From the IMG/VR virus record IMGVR_UViG_3300021962_000025, positions 96,001 to 160,000 of that record: a stretch of DNA of 64,000 nucleotides. One strand, given 5' to 3'. The notes under the pieces were generated by a model. That model saw only the letters and a list, made by a program, of their open reading frames with translations. It did no database searches and was not told the DNA's origin. This document shows, in pieces, positions 53,588 through 62,196 of this stretch (its first letter is position 1; each line of letters begins with the position of its first letter). This DNA comes from a virus. The position numbers were made by a program, and so were the translations under genes.

Positions 53588-54142
53588 ATGTTTATACCCG
53601 GTAAGTTTAATGATACTCTCATTAGAAACGCGGTGATTGAATTTTTTAATCAAAGGTTCAGAATCAAATTGAAACACAATGAAATCAACAACAAAATTGA
53701 TTTGGTTGGGGTGAATGACCCCTCCTTAGGAGTCGAAGTAGAACATGGTAAATGGGTTGGTAATTTTTGGGATAACGATAATTACTCGTTAATATCAGAA
53801 CAACCATTTAGAACGGCCAATATACCTTCTAGAAAAGAGAAGTATTGGATGGATGAGTTTATCTCATATGGTAAGGTAAGGGAGAACAGTAGTTCTAATA
53901 AAAACATTTTTGTGAGGTCTAACGCAGACTTTACACAGTTTTTAGTAATCAGACCGACAACCATTAGAGACAAAGAAAAATTGGTGAGAACCAGATTCAA
54001 ACCCACAAACAGTAATGATGTGGAAGAATGGTTATCATTTAAAAGAGAGGACGTTGAGACATACGATCTAAAGAACGGCAGGTATATAAAACAAAAAATT
54101 AATGGAGTACAAAGATCCATACATCAAAGTAACTTGGGCTGA
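53588..54142 (+). CDS. Hypothetical protein, possibly a PD-(D/E)XK-type free-standing endonuclease
   Basis: KIDLVG...GVEVEHGK resembles a D...E-x-E nuclease core; weak evidence. Confidence 0.4.
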   Translation: MFIPGKFNDTLIRNAVIEFFNQRFRIKLKHNEINNKIDLVGVNDPSLGVEVEHGKWVGNFWDNDNYSLISEQPFRTANIPSRKEKYWMDEFISYGKVRENSSSNKNIFVRSNADFTQFLVIRPTTIRDKEKLVRTRFKPTNSNDVEEWLSFKREDVETYDLKNGRYIKQKINGVQRSIHQSNLG

Positions 54143-56444
54143 CACACCTGAGTCTTTTACGCCTGAGAGGGTTAAGAGAGTTAAAGAATATTTTAAAGAG
54201 AAGTACAACACTAGACACGTAAATGTCATAACTAAAATTATTACTAACGGTAATAATACTAAGTTAAAGACGTTAGAACTCTCTGAAAGTATTTTAGACC
54301 CAACCCATCAGAAGAGATTGATGATGGAGTTTATCAAACAAAACGATTTAAAGGTAAATGAAATACAGATAGATCGTTTAGATAATACCGTAAACGAAGA
54401 TCTATTCCAAAAAGACGAGAATAGGGTTAAGTATAATAGATGGTATATCAAAAATGTGGAGTTCTCCAACTTCCTTTCTTTTGGCGAGGGTAATAGGATC
54501 GATTTTGAAAATATGGATGGTATTACTGTTGTTGAATCAACCCCTAAAAATTTTGGTGGGAAGTCAACGTCAACAGTAGATCTTCTTCTTTTTCTTTTCT
54601 TCAACACAACCACTAAAACAAAAACCAATTCAGAAATCTTCAATAGGTTTACTGATAAGGATGATGTTAAAGTGAAAGGTATCATCACTATTGATGGTGA
54701 CGATTATATTATTGAACGAACAATAAACAGAAAAAAGAGTCGTAGCGGCGAATACACTGTTAGGACCGAGTTAGAATTCTCTAAAATATTACAAAACGGG
54801 GAAGTACAGAATCTATCAGGGGAACAGAGAAGGGAAACCGAACAGTTCATCACTAAGGCAATTGGGACTCAGGAGGATTTTCTCTCCACGATACTCACAA
54901 CAGGTTACAATTTAGAGGAGTTAATTGATTCTAAACCCACGGCAAGGGGACAAATACTAAGTAAGTTCTTAGGGTTAGATCAATTGAAGAGTAAAGAGGA
55001 CGTATGCCGAGAACGGTTCAATGAGTTCCAAAGAAAAATGGTATCAAATACACATGATAAGTTTACTTTGGAAAAACAAATTGAGACTTTTCGTGAAACT
55101 ATTGGGACAAGAGAACAGGACATTGTGGATAGTGAGACTAAACTAAAAACAACCACAGATTCTTTAACGGATTTACAAACGACGAAAGATAAGTTGTTAG
55201 GTGAAAAACATGGAGATGTTGACAATGACTTGGTTAAGACAAATCCACAAACATTGAAAAACGAAATCTTAGAGATTGGTCTTAAAATAAAGGGGATAAC
55301 TAAGACTATTAAGGAAACTATCGTTAAGGAACCGGAACAGTATTATTTGGAGGATAATCACGATAAATTAAAAGACACAATACGTGAATTGAATTTTAAA
55401 GTTAAGGAGGATGAACTATCCATTGAAAAATTAAACTCACATATAAAACAATTGACCGAGGGTAGTATTTGTCCTGAGTGTAAGAGACCCTTAGAGAATG
55501 TTGATCATAGTAAAGAGATCCTTGAAAAAGAAAGGGGTATAAAGGACATAGAAAAACAAATCAAGTCAACCCAAAAGTTAATTGAATCAACAATAAAGGA
55601 AGAAGAAAAATACTCCAAGTTAAAGAAGCAGTATGAGTTGTACGAAAAAAACAAACTAATTAGTGCTAAGTATGAATTAGAGATTGAACACAAGAAATTA
55701 GAGTTAGAAACTAAAAATAAAAAGTTAGAATATTACGAAACAAATAAGAAAAAACACGAAAGAAACATACAAATAGATAAAGAATTAATAATACTAAAAA
55801 CCAAAATAGAAACCGCAACTTCAGATATAAAACATTTTAATATACTAATAGAGAGATATAGAAATGAAATTAATAGTTTAAAAGAAAAGATAGAAACAAA
55901 TCAAAATCTAATTAAACAAATTAACAAAGAAGAAGAAATACAAAATACATTTAAAGTGTATATGGCGGTGTTTGGTAAGAACGGTATTTCGAAAAATATT
56001 TTGAGGGAGATGATCCCATTACTAAACAATGAATTGGGACATTTATTGGATGATAGTTGTTACTTTAAATTAGAGGTTAATATAAATGAGAGGAATGAAC
56101 TCGAGTTCGTAATGATTGATACGGAAACCCGTGTAGTCAAGCCATTGAACGCGGGATCGGGTTATGAAAGAACAATTTCATCTCTAGCATTACGTAGTGT
56201 TTTGACTAAGATTTCTTCATTACCTAAACCTAATATAGTTGTTATGGACGAAGTCTTCGGTAAAATTGCTGATGAAAACTTAGAAATGGTGGGAGAATTC
56301 TTCAAGAAAATTAAAGACTATTTTGAACACATATTTGTCATATCACACAATCCATTGATTAGGACTTGGTCAGATAACTTACTAATGGTAGAGAAGGAAG
56401 ATAATGTTTCTAGAATTCAAAATATAACAATGAAAATTTCTTAA
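54102..56444 (+). CDS. sbcC: SbcC/Rad50/T4 gp46-like SMC ATPase with ~110-aa N-terminal extension
   Basis: WYIKNVEFSNFLSFG, Walker A FGGKST, zinc hook CPEC, signature GSGYE, Walker B VVMDEVFG, H-loop ISHN, long coiled coils. Confidence 0.92.
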   Translation: MEYKDPYIKVTWADTPESFTPERVKRVKEYFKEKYNTRHVNVITKIITNGNNTKLKTLELSESILDPTHQKRLMMEFIKQNDLKVNEIQIDRLDNTVNEDLFQKDENRVKYNRWYIKNVEFSNFLSFGEGNRIDFENMDGITVVESTPKNFGGKSTSTVDLLLFLFFNTTTKTKTNSEIFNRFTDKDDVKVKGIITIDGDDYIIERTINRKKSRSGEYTVRTELEFSKILQNGEVQNLSGEQRRETEQFITKAIGTQEDFLSTILTTGYNLEELIDSKPTARGQILSKFLGLDQLKSKEDVCRERFNEFQRKMVSNTHDKFTLEKQIETFRETIGTREQDIVDSETKLKTTTDSLTDLQTTKDKLLGEKHGDVDNDLVKTNPQTLKNEILEIGLKIKGITKTIKETIVKEPEQYYLEDNHDKLKDTIRELNFKVKEDELSIEKLNSHIKQLTEGSICPECKRPLENVDHSKEILEKERGIKDIEKQIKSTQKLIESTIKEEEKYSKLKKQYELYEKNKLISAKYELEIEHKKLELETKNKKLEYYETNKKKHERNIQIDKELIILKTKIETATSDIKHFNILIERYRNEINSLKEKIETNQNLIKQINKEEEIQNTFKVYMAVFGKNGISKNILREMIPLLNNELGHLLDDSCYFKLEVNINERNELEFVMIDTETRVVKPLNAGSGYERTISSLALRSVLTKISSLPKPNIVVMDEVFGKIADENLEMVGEFFKKIKDYFEHIFVISHNPLIRTWSDNLLMVEKEDNVSRIQNITMKIS

Positions 56445-56451
56445 AAAATGT

Positions 56452-56483
56452 TTTGGCCAAACCAAAAAAATTACTTAACTTTG
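56452..56483 (+). promoter_or_regulatory. Bacteroidota-type promoter TTTG-N20-TAACTTTG upstream of clpP
   Basis: Matches the Bacteroidota -33 TTTG / -7 TAnnTTTG consensus with a 20-nt spacer. Confidence 0.6.
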
Positions 56484-56500
56484 AATAAACCACATTTATT

Positions 56501-57175
56501 ATGATATCAAAAGAATATAAAGACTTTAATCTGTATGCTAAAGACCACAATATCAGTGGTTCTAAACTACATTACTACAATCAACAGATTGAAAATAGTT
56601 TAACACCTTACATCTTAGAAGAGAGACAACTTAACGTTACGGTCATGGATGTCTTTTCTCGATTGATGATGGAAAGAATCATATGGGTTGCGGGTCCCGT
56701 AAATGATAATATGTCAACAATTGTTCAAGCTCAACTTATGTTCTTGGATAGTTTGGACAATAATGATATCACCATGCATATTGACACCCCAGGAGGATCC
56801 GTTAAGTCGGGTCTATCCATGGTCGATGTTATGGACTACATTAACTCAGACATCCAAACCATCAATACGGGTATGGCAGCATCCATGGGATCTATTCTGT
56901 TGGGTGCGGGAACTAAAGGTAAACGAGGTTCACTCTCCTTCTCTAGAACTATGTTACACCAATCTAGTGGTGGGTTTCGGGGAAATATCCAAGACGCTGA
57001 GATCGATATGGTGGAATGGAAAAAACTAAACAAACAATTATTCGACCTTCTTGGTGGGTATTGTGATAAAAAACCTGAAGATGTGATGGCCGACGCGTCA
57101 AGAGATATGTGGTTATCTGCGGACGAGGCGGTTGATTACGGAATCATTGATAGGGTTGTTAAAAAGAAAAAATAG
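56501..57175 (+). CDS. clpP: ATP-dependent Clp protease proteolytic subunit
   Basis: DVFSRLMMERII, IDTPGGSV, GMAASMG (Ser), MLHQ (His), RDMWL (Asp). Confidence 0.95.
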   Translation: MISKEYKDFNLYAKDHNISGSKLHYYNQQIENSLTPYILEERQLNVTVMDVFSRLMMERIIWVAGPVNDNMSTIVQAQLMFLDSLDNNDITMHIDTPGGSVKSGLSMVDVMDYINSDIQTINTGMAASMGSILLGAGTKGKRGSLSFSRTMLHQSSGGFRGNIQDAEIDMVEWKKLNKQLFDLLGGYCDKKPEDVMADASRDMWLSADEAVDYGIIDRVVKKKK

Positions 57176-57209
57176 GGTGCTATAAATAAACTCATAATAT
57201 TTATAATCA

Positions 57210-57902
57210 ATGGAATCTCTTTTAAAAATTTTAAAAAAATTAGACTTACGAACAATAATCATTGTTGGTCTTGTGATTTTGTTGCTTTTAAGAAATTGTG
57301 GGGGTTCTAACGGAGATAAAGAAATCGTTAAAGTTGACGGTAAGAAATACGAATTAGTAAAGCATACTGTTGATACCGTCTTCGTCGAGAAAAAAGTTAT
57401 TGTACCGACTTACGTACCTAAGTATGTTACAAAAGTAGTGACTGAAACTGTCCAAGTACCTATAGACGTTGATACTCTTAGTATACTTAAAGACTACTTT
57501 GCGACTTATGAGGTTAAAGACACCTTGAATCTAACATACGACTTCCCGTCAAATGTGATCGATTCCTTGGGACAGAAACCATCACCCAATTTAGGGTATG
57601 GACTTCTAACGGATAAAATTTCCCAAAATCAAATTTTAAGTAGAGACATTACGTGGAATTTTAAGATACCCACGGTCTACAATACCACGATTGTTAAGGA
57701 ATTACCAAAATTAGAATTCTATTACGGTTTTAATTTAGGAATGAATAGTCAGGACCTCTTTAATAATGCGAGTGGTGGTATTATAATGAAAAGTAAGACT
57801 GAGAAGTTATATCAATTGAATTTAGGGGTACAGAACGCCCCAAATGGAGTGGCACCTTATGTAGGTGGAGGTTTGTATTGGAAAATTAAACTAAAGAAAT
57901 AA
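57210..57902 (+). CDS. Membrane-anchored protein with C-terminal amphipathic beta strands (spanin-like candidate)
   Basis: N-terminal TM ending LLLRNCGG; C-terminal YVGGGLYWKIKLKK; TATTTAT at 57198. Confidence 0.55.
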   Translation: MESLLKILKKLDLRTIIIVGLVILLLLRNCGGSNGDKEIVKVDGKKYELVKHTVDTVFVEKKVIVPTYVPKYVTKVVTETVQVPIDVDTLSILKDYFATYEVKDTLNLTYDFPSNVIDSLGQKPSPNLGYGLLTDKISQNQILSRDITWNFKIPTVYNTTIVKELPKLEFYYGFNLGMNSQDLFNNASGGIIMKSKTEKLYQLNLGVQNAPNGVAPYVGGGLYWKIKLKK

Positions 57903-58345
57903 TGAATAGCTACATTTTGTTTATTTACGGAATGTTCGACGACATTGAAGAAATCGAATATTACTGTAATGAAGTTCTTCTTACTAACCCCGTAATCAAC
58001 GGGTTAAAATTCATTGTGGAAAATACCAAGAACCTAATAATCGTATTAGACTCTGACCTTCCCCAAGACAAACTCACTCAAGAATTACACAAAGACCTAC
58101 TTGATCAGAATGTGAAGTTCTATTTTATGTTCAGGAGAGACCAAGTAGTGTCGGCACATCTACCAGAACAAGTGAAAAAATTTATATTCGAACCTGTTAA
58201 GGACTCGTTTATACAAATTACATATAACAGGGTTCAAAAATCTGAGTCCTTAGACCTTGACGACCTTCTTGAGAAAATTAAGAAGGACGGTATTGATAGT
58301 TTAACATCTGAAGAAAAAAAATTTTTAGATGATTATGAGTATTAA
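57902..58345 (+). CDS. Hypothetical protein with DUF6576-like C-terminus
   Basis: LDDLLEKIKKDGIDSLTSEEKKFLD pattern. Confidence 0.55.
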   Translation: MNSYILFIYGMFDDIEEIEYYCNEVLLTNPVINGLKFIVENTKNLIIVLDSDLPQDKLTQELHKDLLDQNVKFYFMFRRDQVVSAHLPEQVKKFIFEPVKDSFIQITYNRVQKSESLDLDDLLEKIKKDGIDSLTSEEKKFLDDYEY

Positions 58346-58398
58346 AAAAAATATTTTATATTAGTCTTATCGTTCGTTCCACCATAAAAAGTCATCCT

Positions 58399-59205
58399 AT
58401 GCATCAAAAACTTAACACGTCCTTCCTTAACACTGAGGAAATCGTCTACTACTTAAAAGACATTAAAAGAATACCAATCACATCTAATGAGAGACTTAAG
58501 GAGATCATCAAAGGTCTTAAGTCTCCATCTATTAGCGAGTCTGATAGAAACTCATTACTAAATGAGTTGGTGGTCGGTAATTTAAGATTTGTAATTAGTG
58601 TTGCGAAACAATATCAAAACCAAGGATTGGATCTACCTGACCTTATTTCAGAAGGTAACATTGGTTTGATGAGAGCCGCCCAAGAATTCGACCCCACAAA
58701 AAAGGTTAGGTTTATTTCTTACGCGGTTTGGTGGATAAAACAAAGCATCATGGCATCCCTGAATGACAATGCCAGAACGATACGAATCCCATCTAATATT
58801 ATCCAAGACTACCAAAAGGAAAAGAAGAAACCCTTAAAGGAAAATGAGTTAGAATTTAGTGGAAAGGCTTCACATTTAATCCCATATAGTGTATCTTTAA
58901 GTGAACAAATAAATGACGAGGGAGACCAACTGATTGATATTGTGATTAATAAAGATTCAGTAAGTCCCGATTCTTTTATTGATAGTGAAGAGGACATCAA
59001 AAAACAAGTACGTAAGGCTCTCTCCATCTTAGATGATAAAGAGAGGGAGATAGTCGAAAAATATTTTGGTTTAAATGGTGTCCAATGCAATCTTGAAGAC
59101 TTAGGTGAGGAGTTTGGTTGTACCAAAGAAAGAATCCGACAAGTTAAAGAGAAGGCAATGAAGAAGTTAAGAAATGAGAGTTTTACTCTCCTAAAGTATT
59201 TATAA
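58399..59205 (+). CDS. Phage-encoded sigma-70-family RNA polymerase sigma factor (RpoD/RpoS-like, no region 1.1)
   Basis: NLRFVISVAKQY, DLISEGNIGLMRAA, FDPTKKVRFISYAVWWIKQSI, region 4.2 TKERIRQVKEKAMKKLR. Confidence 0.92.
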   Translation: MHQKLNTSFLNTEEIVYYLKDIKRIPITSNERLKEIIKGLKSPSISESDRNSLLNELVVGNLRFVISVAKQYQNQGLDLPDLISEGNIGLMRAAQEFDPTKKVRFISYAVWWIKQSIMASLNDNARTIRIPSNIIQDYQKEKKKPLKENELEFSGKASHLIPYSVSLSEQINDEGDQLIDIVINKDSVSPDSFIDSEEDIKKQVRKALSILDDKEREIVEKYFGLNGVQCNLEDLGEEFGCTKERIRQVKEKAMKKLRNESFTLLKYL

Positions 59206-59224
59206 TAAAGTAATTGATATAGTT

Positions 59225-59515
59225 ATGAAAAATTTTTTAGAAAAATATTTTGTAGTGATTGTGTTTATTGTCTTGATTCTAACATTCTTTAAAGGATGTG
59301 GGGACGGTAGAGAGTTATCAAAGATTAGACAAGAAATACAAGACATAAAAGAAAATACCTACTCAAAAGAACAACTTGATTTAAGACTTCAAATAGAGGG
59401 TTTAAAGAGTGAACACAGGATGATCCAAGCAACGGATAGAAAAATGTTCGACTTGAATAGACAAACCCAAATCGAGAAGGAGTTGGAGGTATTAGAAGGT
59501 CAACTCAAGAATTAA
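59225..59515 (+). CDS. Small membrane-anchored coiled-coil protein (possible lipoprotein/spanin)
   Basis: N-terminal TM ending FFKGCGDG, then heptad repeats; TATTTAT at 59197. Confidence 0.55.
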   Translation: MKNFLEKYFVVIVFIVLILTFFKGCGDGRELSKIRQEIQDIKENTYSKEQLDLRLQIEGLKSEHRMIQATDRKMFDLNRQTQIEKELEVLEGQLKN

Positions 59516-60865
59516 ATGGGTAAATGGTTTAGTAGGAATTTTAGGTCCATAATATACATTGCGTTTCTTGTACCAATCATAACAGTCGCAATCGTATCCA
59601 TTTCTCACGTTACAGTGTGGTATGGTATCTCGAACCCATTGTCTTGGGCGGTATACCTATCGATAGGTATTGAAATTGCGGCTCTCTCAGCACTTGCAGC
59701 AATATCCGCACAAATGGGATCTAAAGTTTACGTTCCATTTGGTATTGTTACCCTCATACAGTTTGTGGGTAACATATTTTTTGCGTTCGAGTTTATCAAG
59801 ATAGATTCGGTACAATTCCTATCGTGGGTTGAACTCACAGGACCAATCTTAGAGTATACAGGTATTGAACAGGGTGACCTACAATCACACAGAAGATTCT
59901 TGGCAATCTTCGCGGGTGGGATGTTACCACTTATATCCTTATCGTTCCTTCACATGTTGGTTAAGTTCAATGAGGAGAACACTATTAAATCTAAAGAGAA
60001 TAAAGAAGATGAAACTCCAAAGGAGGAACCAATTCAAGCTTCAGACTTAGTTGCTGAAGTTTCTCGTTTTAGACCTAGTGAAGAAGACTTACAAAACTTG
60101 GAGGACTTACTTAATAAGTTCAAACCCGAGGAAGAAAAAAAAAGACCCACTAAAGAAGAACAAAGAGAGATCCTAACTCAAATGATGAGAGAGTCTGAGG
60201 AAATGGGACTCTATGATGAACCGTTTGATAATCCATTGATTAAAGAGGAGACACCAGAACCACCATCGTGGTTAAATGAGGTGCCAGAACCAACCGAAGA
60301 AGATTATAGAGATTGGGATGTTACCTTGACAGATGGTTTAGATCAAGATGTGACGTGGGATGAAGACCATGCATTGGATATGGTAATGAATGATATGGTA
60401 TCTGATTTATCTGAAGAAGAGGTCCGAAGTCTTATCGACGAAACGGAGACAGAACCATCCCTAACATCAGAAGAGATTAGAAAAATTGAAGTAGTACTGG
60501 ATGAACTACCAACACCGAGAAATAATTTTGACGTTAATGTTGTGGTATCCGAATTACCTGATGAGGTAGTAGATGAAATTATTGAATCAGAGGAATTTGA
60601 AGTAGAGGATGATTATGAAATCGTTATACCTAAGAAAGTTCCTAACAAATATGAACAAATAGAGGAGTACCTTAAATACACGAGAGGATACGACGATATA
60701 GAAGAGAATATAGGTGACGCACAATTACCTGATAAAATAGAAAGTGCCGAGTTGGATTTAGATAGTGGAAAGATAATTTTACCAACACCACAACCAACAC
60801 CTAACTTTAATTTTAGAACCCCTCTACCACTACAGGATCAAGAAGACCCTGAAAAAAAAAATTAG
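59516..60865 (+). CDS. Four-TM membrane protein with long acidic C-terminal tail
   Basis: Four hydrophobic segments in the first ~150 aa; ends on an A10 tract (EKKN-stop). Confidence 0.7.
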   Translation: MGKWFSRNFRSIIYIAFLVPIITVAIVSISHVTVWYGISNPLSWAVYLSIGIEIAALSALAAISAQMGSKVYVPFGIVTLIQFVGNIFFAFEFIKIDSVQFLSWVELTGPILEYTGIEQGDLQSHRRFLAIFAGGMLPLISLSFLHMLVKFNEENTIKSKENKEDETPKEEPIQASDLVAEVSRFRPSEEDLQNLEDLLNKFKPEEEKKRPTKEEQREILTQMMRESEEMGLYDEPFDNPLIKEETPEPPSWLNEVPEPTEEDYRDWDVTLTDGLDQDVTWDEDHALDMVMNDMVSDLSEEEVRSLIDETETEPSLTSEEIRKIEVVLDELPTPRNNFDVNVVVSELPDEVVDEIIESEEFEVEDDYEIVIPKKVPNKYEQIEEYLKYTRGYDDIEENIGDAQLPDKIESAELDLDSGKIILPTPQPTPNFNFRTPLPLQDQEDPEKKN

Positions 60866-61140
60866 TAGAGGAAACACCTACAGAAACCCCAATCCCAACA
60901 TCAACCTCGGAACCTACTAATACTCCGACCGAAACTGTTTCACCCACACCCACGGTGACACCTACATCAACAGTTTTACCAACACCAACACCATCACCAA
61001 CAGAAACTCCATATGTTGATGATTTATACTTAGAAAGTGGGGCGGATCAAATTCCGGTACCACAATCACCATACTTAAAATTGGGGTCTAAAGTAATTGT
61101 GAGAAATGTTGGAAATACGAGACGTAGAAACAATAGATAA
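60853..61140 (+). other. PT-rich reading frame, probable -1 frameshift extension of 59516..60865
   Basis: The -1 frame is open from 60853 (KKKLVEETPTETPIPT...RRNNR-stop) and has no ATG. Confidence 0.55.
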
Positions 61141-61708
61141 AAATTCTTTAAATATTAATAGAAGAAAATCTAAGAAAAAACAGATACTTCTCTACGATAC
61201 TAAAAGACGTATTGATGATTTTGTTAATAAATTAAAATATCGACAAAATGGTCAATATGAAGATATTCCACACTTTATCATAAGTAAGTTGGGACATGTT
61301 TATAGGGTTATGGACCCCCAATACTCATCTAATACGTTTGGTCAACCCAACATCGACAAAAAACAAATAAAAATCGCAGTAGAAAATCTCGGTTGGTTAA
61401 ATAAAAATACCATTACCGGATACTACACTAATTGGGTGGGAGACCCGTATAGGTCGGAACCTTATGTTAGGAGTTGGAGGGATAAATTCTATTGGGATAG
61501 GTATCCCGAGACACAGATGGAGTCCATTGTACAGTTATGTATAAAGTTATGTGATGAGTTTAACATTAAGACTAGAGTTGTGCCATCTCATGGATTTATA
61601 GAAAATGCGGATAAATTCGAGGGAATACTATGTAAATCCAACTTTTCAAATATTTATACAGATATAAACCCTTCGTTTAATTTTAAAATATTTTTAGAAA
61701 ATGAATAA
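61106..61708 (+). CDS. N-acetylmuramoyl-L-alanine amidase (Amidase_2)-like protein with degenerate Zn site
   Basis: IPHFIISKLG, IAVENLG, QMESIVQLC, TDINPSF fit the fold, but ILLYDT and ILCKSN replace the HHT and SH/GH ligand motifs. Confidence 0.65.
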   Translation: MLEIRDVETIDKNSLNINRRKSKKKQILLYDTKRRIDDFVNKLKYRQNGQYEDIPHFIISKLGHVYRVMDPQYSSNTFGQPNIDKKQIKIAVENLGWLNKNTITGYYTNWVGDPYRSEPYVRSWRDKFYWDRYPETQMESIVQLCIKLCDEFNIKTRVVPSHGFIENADKFEGILCKSNFSNIYTDINPSFNFKIFLENE

Positions 61709-62195
61709 AACATACATGAACTACGATAATACAAAGAAGATGTTAAACACATTGAGAAACCTCAATGAGTCACATTTTCCAAAGAAAACTCTTTCCGAAC
61801 AAGAAGAGGAGAAAAAATTAAATGATTCGGTAATAATTGTGGATGGTGTTGAGGTGAGAATGATTGCATCCACCGACGAAGATTTACAATTAGATGATCA
61901 ACAAAAAAAGATCATATCAGACGTTATTTCTAATTTTGGTACTCAGGTATCTGATTTGGGAGATCTACGTCCAGGATTCACCATACAGTCAAATCAAATA
62001 CGTTTAGATGGTACATTACCTGACGTAGAATTGGATTTTGTAATTATTGCGGGTTCTAACAAAGGAGTGTACTTAAACACAGCAATGTTAAAGGTGACCT
62101 ATGATTTGTTAGAATCGATTGAAAAACTATTAAAATTTGAAGATGTGTTTGCGGATTCTGTAAACGAATTAATTGTACAAAGAAGAATAGATTAA
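61701..62195 (+). CDS. Hypothetical protein (possible head/internal protein)
   Basis: 164 aa; LNE and LSE motifs near the N-terminus; TATTTAT at 61651. Confidence 0.65.
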   Translation: MNKTYMNYDNTKKMLNTLRNLNESHFPKKTLSEQEEEKKLNDSVIIVDGVEVRMIASTDEDLQLDDQQKKIISDVISNFGTQVSDLGDLRPGFTIQSNQIRLDGTLPDVELDFVIIAGSNKGVYLNTAMLKVTYDLLESIEKLLKFEDVFADSVNELIVQRRID

Positions 62196-62196
62196 G

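Noticed and set aside
57181-57188. A canonical T4 late promoter TATAAATA before the 57210 ORF
   Set aside because: This orientation appears only sporadically in intergenic regions, while the opposite orientation (TATTTAT) recurs before about 15 starts, including at 57198 here.
60955-61140. Independent 61-aa gene starting at GTG 60955
   Set aside because: The PT-rich coding signal begins about 90 nt upstream, immediately after the A10 tract, which favours a frameshift extension or a homopolymer error.
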